From Psammoneis japonica (taxonomy: Eukaryota), in contig QPGO01000198.1 in assembly GCA_008632985.1 (NCBI GenBank), positions 62,001 to 126,000 of the forward strand: 64,000 nt of DNA. The letters are read 5' to 3'. This document shows positions 60,275 through 64,000 of the stretch, one piece after another. Every line of letters begins with the position of its first letter. Positions within the stretch are counted from its first letter, which is position 1. Made by a program: the position numbers and the translations under genes. The notes under the pieces were generated by a model. The model had not been told where the DNA came from. It was given only the letters and a program-made list of their open reading frames with translations, and did not search any database.

Positions 60275-62722
60275 TCATAGTTGAACCACTTCGGCACTCT
60301 TGTCACCGAAGAGCTCCCCGGCCTTCTTGTCATCGACAACAACAAGCCAGTCGCGCTTTTTTCTTTTGCTGCCTGACGTGGACTTGTTGCGTCCGCGGCG
60401 ACCATTCCTGAGGTCGCAGAGGCAGCAGAATCCGCGGGCATCTGAACAAGTAGTCGCAGACAAGGTCGATAATCGGAAACGAGTGTGTCCTGTAGTGTCT
60501 TCCATTCGGTGTGAAGTTCTTCCGACAGCTTCTGAGATACTTTTTCCTTCTTTGGCTTTCCCCGGCTCTCATGATAAAGTTTCGATGGAACAAGGGTTCG
60601 AAGCGCATCTTGTTGATTACTCACGGCAGAAACGTACTTGGACTGCACTATACAGGTGCGAAAGTCGCCATAGTCTAGGCGGTTTCGCAACAAGAAGATC
60701 AAATCGGGGCCAATGTTATCATCTGGATAGCAGAAAGGAGCAACTTGACCCTCGAACTTGGAACTGACTGACTTTGCAACCCAATCGATCGTTTTTCTAA
60801 TACTCTCACTGGTGTCAACACAGAGCACGCCATACGCCGACCTCCTTGAAATGTCGTAGGCCTCCAAAGCCGAACCGCCTTCCTCCAAATGTGAATTCAG
60901 GAAATTGTGCAGTCTGTCCTTCTCCATCAACAGACCAGGCAACAGCAACCTCTCAAACCCTTCGCCGAGGCCACCTTCTTCCTGTTTCTTCAAATTTTCT
61001 CGGAGGTGGTGGTCGAGGTCGAAAAAATTGATCCCAGCTTGAACGACGACAGGTTCGTCGAGATGCCCTTTTATGCTGGTCCCTTGTCGATCAGTTTCGC
61101 AAACTGCAGCCACGCCATTTTCGATCAGCGCTTTTGCAGAAGCATCAGCAAACGGATGCGGTTTCTGGCCAACGGCAAAACGGCACACCGCATGCTCTAG
61201 GTCGTCCACTACCCGCCTAAGCAACTGGTTCATGCTCGATTCAGTGCCGGAACATTTGCGATCCACCCTTGCAAAGCAAGCATGCGCCGAAGTTTCGCCG
61301 GCAGTCCATGACTCTCGTCGGTTGTTTTCTTGATCTGCACGCGTCATGACGTTCAAATGTCGATCCAAGGCTTCAATCAGTTTGGCACCCATGTCCTCGA
61401 AACTACCTTGAGTTCTCCACACTTGATTCGAGTGACTTTTGTTCTCCCGTCGACTGGAGTGTGCTTCCAAAAAGCCAGCAGCCCATCTTGGTCGTCCACG
61501 AAGCCAGTTGGCGATGTGCGTCATGACATCATCGCGCACGCCAGATGGATCAAGCATTTGTTTGGCGCAGGCATTCTTTGACCTCTTCTACACTGAGCAA
61601 CCTGAAACCCACGAAGAAGAGGCTTGCACTGTCACCGAGCGATTTTCCCACAATGGACAGCGTCTGTTCGGAAAGTTGGTCCAATGCGAGACCTGTGCCC
61701 GAGAACACTGGAAAGTGCAAATCCTTTCGCATCTTGGACAAACAACCAAATCCCCCCACAATGGCAGAGAAAGCTGACCTGGCCTGCATGCCATTTCTGC
61801 TCAGAAATTTCATCTTGTTGAGCTCCAAGAGTGCTTGTGCTTCGTCAACAAAGATGGACCAAACTTTCTTTGTGGAGGCACAATGATCGAAGCGAACAGC
61901 TCCATTGACGCGGTCTTCATCACACTTCTCCATGGCATCGTAAAATGTGTCCCCGCCAAGCAGTCTTTCTGGAAATGTTTGATGCAGCAACCACTCGCGC
62001 GGAGTCATGTCCCTCTTCAAAATTTTGTTCAGTTCCTCATGGACAACATGCCGGACAAAAAGGAGCACCGACAGTCGCTCTTGAATTGTGGTGCGATTCT
62101 TGTCGTTCGTGCTTCGTGCGGGTGTCATTCGCCTCTGGCAAATCGCAGTCCAAAACATGCAGGAGATCCCGTGAACCTGGGTTTCTGCAAAAGTCGTCCA
62201 CCAAAAAGTAGAACCCCTTCTCACGGCTCAGACATTCAAAGATGGTGCGGGTCTTTCCAGCACCGGATGTGCCACAGAGAAATGTCGGTCCTTCTTCTTG
62301 CGCTCTGCAAATGTGTTGGTGGCCCTCGGGTTGAGAATGGTGCACTGTGTTGTGTCCACTGTTGTCTGCCAGACCCTGCAGAAGAGAAGGCATGGACGCG
62401 ACGTTGACATGAAGCCTTCCTGCTGTCCAAGGGAGTGCCGCAATGGAACATTCTCGCGCTGGGGCTTCCACAGTGACGCCAACAAGGCGTCTCGTTGGGG
62501 CTCAAAAAATTCCAGCTGTGGTCCATTGACACTGATGCTTTCTTCATGCTCCTGGAGGCAGGCTGCCACGAAGACCTTCACCGTGTCCGCAACCTCTTTC
62601 TTCTCCACACCCATCTTAAGATCCTCGTTTGAGCGGTTGGGTGCTGTTGGTTCAGCAGAAGAAAGTGGGTTGCTGTTGCGTTGGAGCAAGTGGCGTTGCT
62701 TTGTCAACGTTCACTGGGTCAT
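60275..62722 (-). pseudogene. Crinkler-like P-loop NTPase + PD-(D/E)xK nuclease gene, disrupted and partly TpA-converted
   Basis: GTSGAGKTRTIFE.L, IFVDEAQ, VFSGTGL, LRGRPRW, LDEPVV, GEGFE and PDDNIGPDLIF...VQSK. Frameshifts and an early TGA. Confidence 0.75.
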
Positions 62723-62949
62723 TCTGTTGTTCTTTCTTGTTTCTTGCTTTCCCCAGGTTTTCCCACTTCTCCAAAATCGAGCAATGCAACATTCAAGCAC
62801 AGACATGTGTCAAAATCGAATCAGCAATCAACTGTGGGCATCCGTTCATCGCGTTTGTGATCGCAATCCCGCCCGAGGGAACCATCGCACGGTCGTTTGT
62901 GCACCACAGTCAAGTGGTGAACGCCACTTTTCAGTGTGATGGGAGGGGT

Positions 62950-64000
62950 GATTTTGCAAAGCATTCGTGATTGCTTCACTGTGGAATTCAGAAGTTTTTT
63001 CAGCATGTTTGCGACTCAGAAGAGACGCAGAATCCCACCGGAGTGGAGGTGATTGAGCACCTTGATCCGGTGGAACAGAATCTGCGGCACCCAACGCTGG
63101 ATGTCATTGGGGACGGGTGCAATCCGGCAGATTTTCTGAGTGAGAACAAGCTTTCAATGTTGGTCAACAACATGGACCACTCATGTGAGGATGCTGAAGT
63201 GCATCTCACGGCGGAGCTAGAACAGAATCAGGAGCTGTTCGATGCCGAGGTGCACCTGGAGCAGCGCTGTTTTGGCAGGTGCTGTCTCTAGAGAGTTGAC
63301 AGCATGCGGTGCTGTGGTGTCTGTGTCATCCCACTGGTGCATCAAATTGGCATTTCATGCCACAGTCGGGCCAAAAGAAGCGATTCAACAGCTCAGTCTA
63401 GAAAGTTTTAGCGGTGGCGCGCGAACAAAAAATGCGTGGAAGCAGTGCCACAATGTGCGGCCCAAAAAGAATGACACGGCATTCCGTTGTGGACAATTGT
63501 TGGTTGCCGGAGGAAGCACAACAGACAGGGGAAACAAGCATGGTGAAGAGACGACGCAAGCAAAGAGACCGACACTGATGCAAGTGCCGGAGAGAGATGC
63601 AAGGACAGCAATCCAACGACATTGCAAGGGCGCAAAAGAGAGAACAGATCCATTTGAGTTAGTGCCATGTCTTCAACAAAAAAAGAACAATGCAAGACAA
63701 CATTGGCATGCACAAAAACTCACACAGAGAAGCACCACACCAGCGCCAGAAAAATGACCACATCTGCGGTGAGATGCAACAGCACAAGGAGGTGAGAACA
63801 CACTTTTCTACCAGCGCAATGCAACAACGAGCAAATGGGCAATGGAAACTCACCAGTGGGAGCAAAACTTGGGCTGTCTGGATTGCCAATGGCGGGCAGG
63901 GAGGAAAGAAGTCTGCTGGTTCCACGGAGCATGATGACAAAAGCACGCAGCAGATTGGCATGAGCTTTGGCAGAAAGTGGGTGCTTGGGCTTGAGTGACT
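62950..64000. other. TpA-depleted block continuing off the right edge; unidentified coding relic on the + strand
   Basis: The few TAs seen are CTAG or TTAG (63217, 63287, 63398, 63408, 63659) plus CTAC near 63808. CpG is partly retained. Confidence 0.8.

Overview
Eukaryotic nuclear DNA, very probably a pennate diatom. The basis is a CoDi-type Ty1/copia element, an aureochrome-like LOV relic, a bipartite plastid-targeted FKBP, a gametolysin M11 gene and short GT-AG introns. Ordinary gene-rich tracts alternate with repeat and pseudogene blocks. The tracts hold LRR proteins, a CCCH + 2OG-Fe(II) oxygenase, a sulfotransferase, DUF1769, a UvrD/FBH1-like helicase, a lipocalin, the M11 protease, acetyl-CoA synthetase, a DDI1-like protease, FKBP, GT23, NDUFAF7, ARF, a Costars protein and a lipase. 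The blocks lie at about 1-3.8, 4.4-17.5, 35.0-38.4, 46.2-49.0, 50.9-52.3 and 61.2-64 kb. The most striking signal is that TpA has been strongly depleted, and in several blocks almost erased, being replaced by TpG/CpA on both strands. Conserved Tyr codons read as Cys or His, TAA/TAG stops vanish, and the few surviving TpAs are mostly in YTAR context. The effect occurs where CpG is still intact and fades as a gradient inside one gene. This looks like a repeat-targeted A:T->G:C hypermutation system, the reverse of fungal RIP. All counts and alignments were made by eye and family assignments come from remembered motifs. Many single-base frameshifts in normal genes are probably assembly errors.
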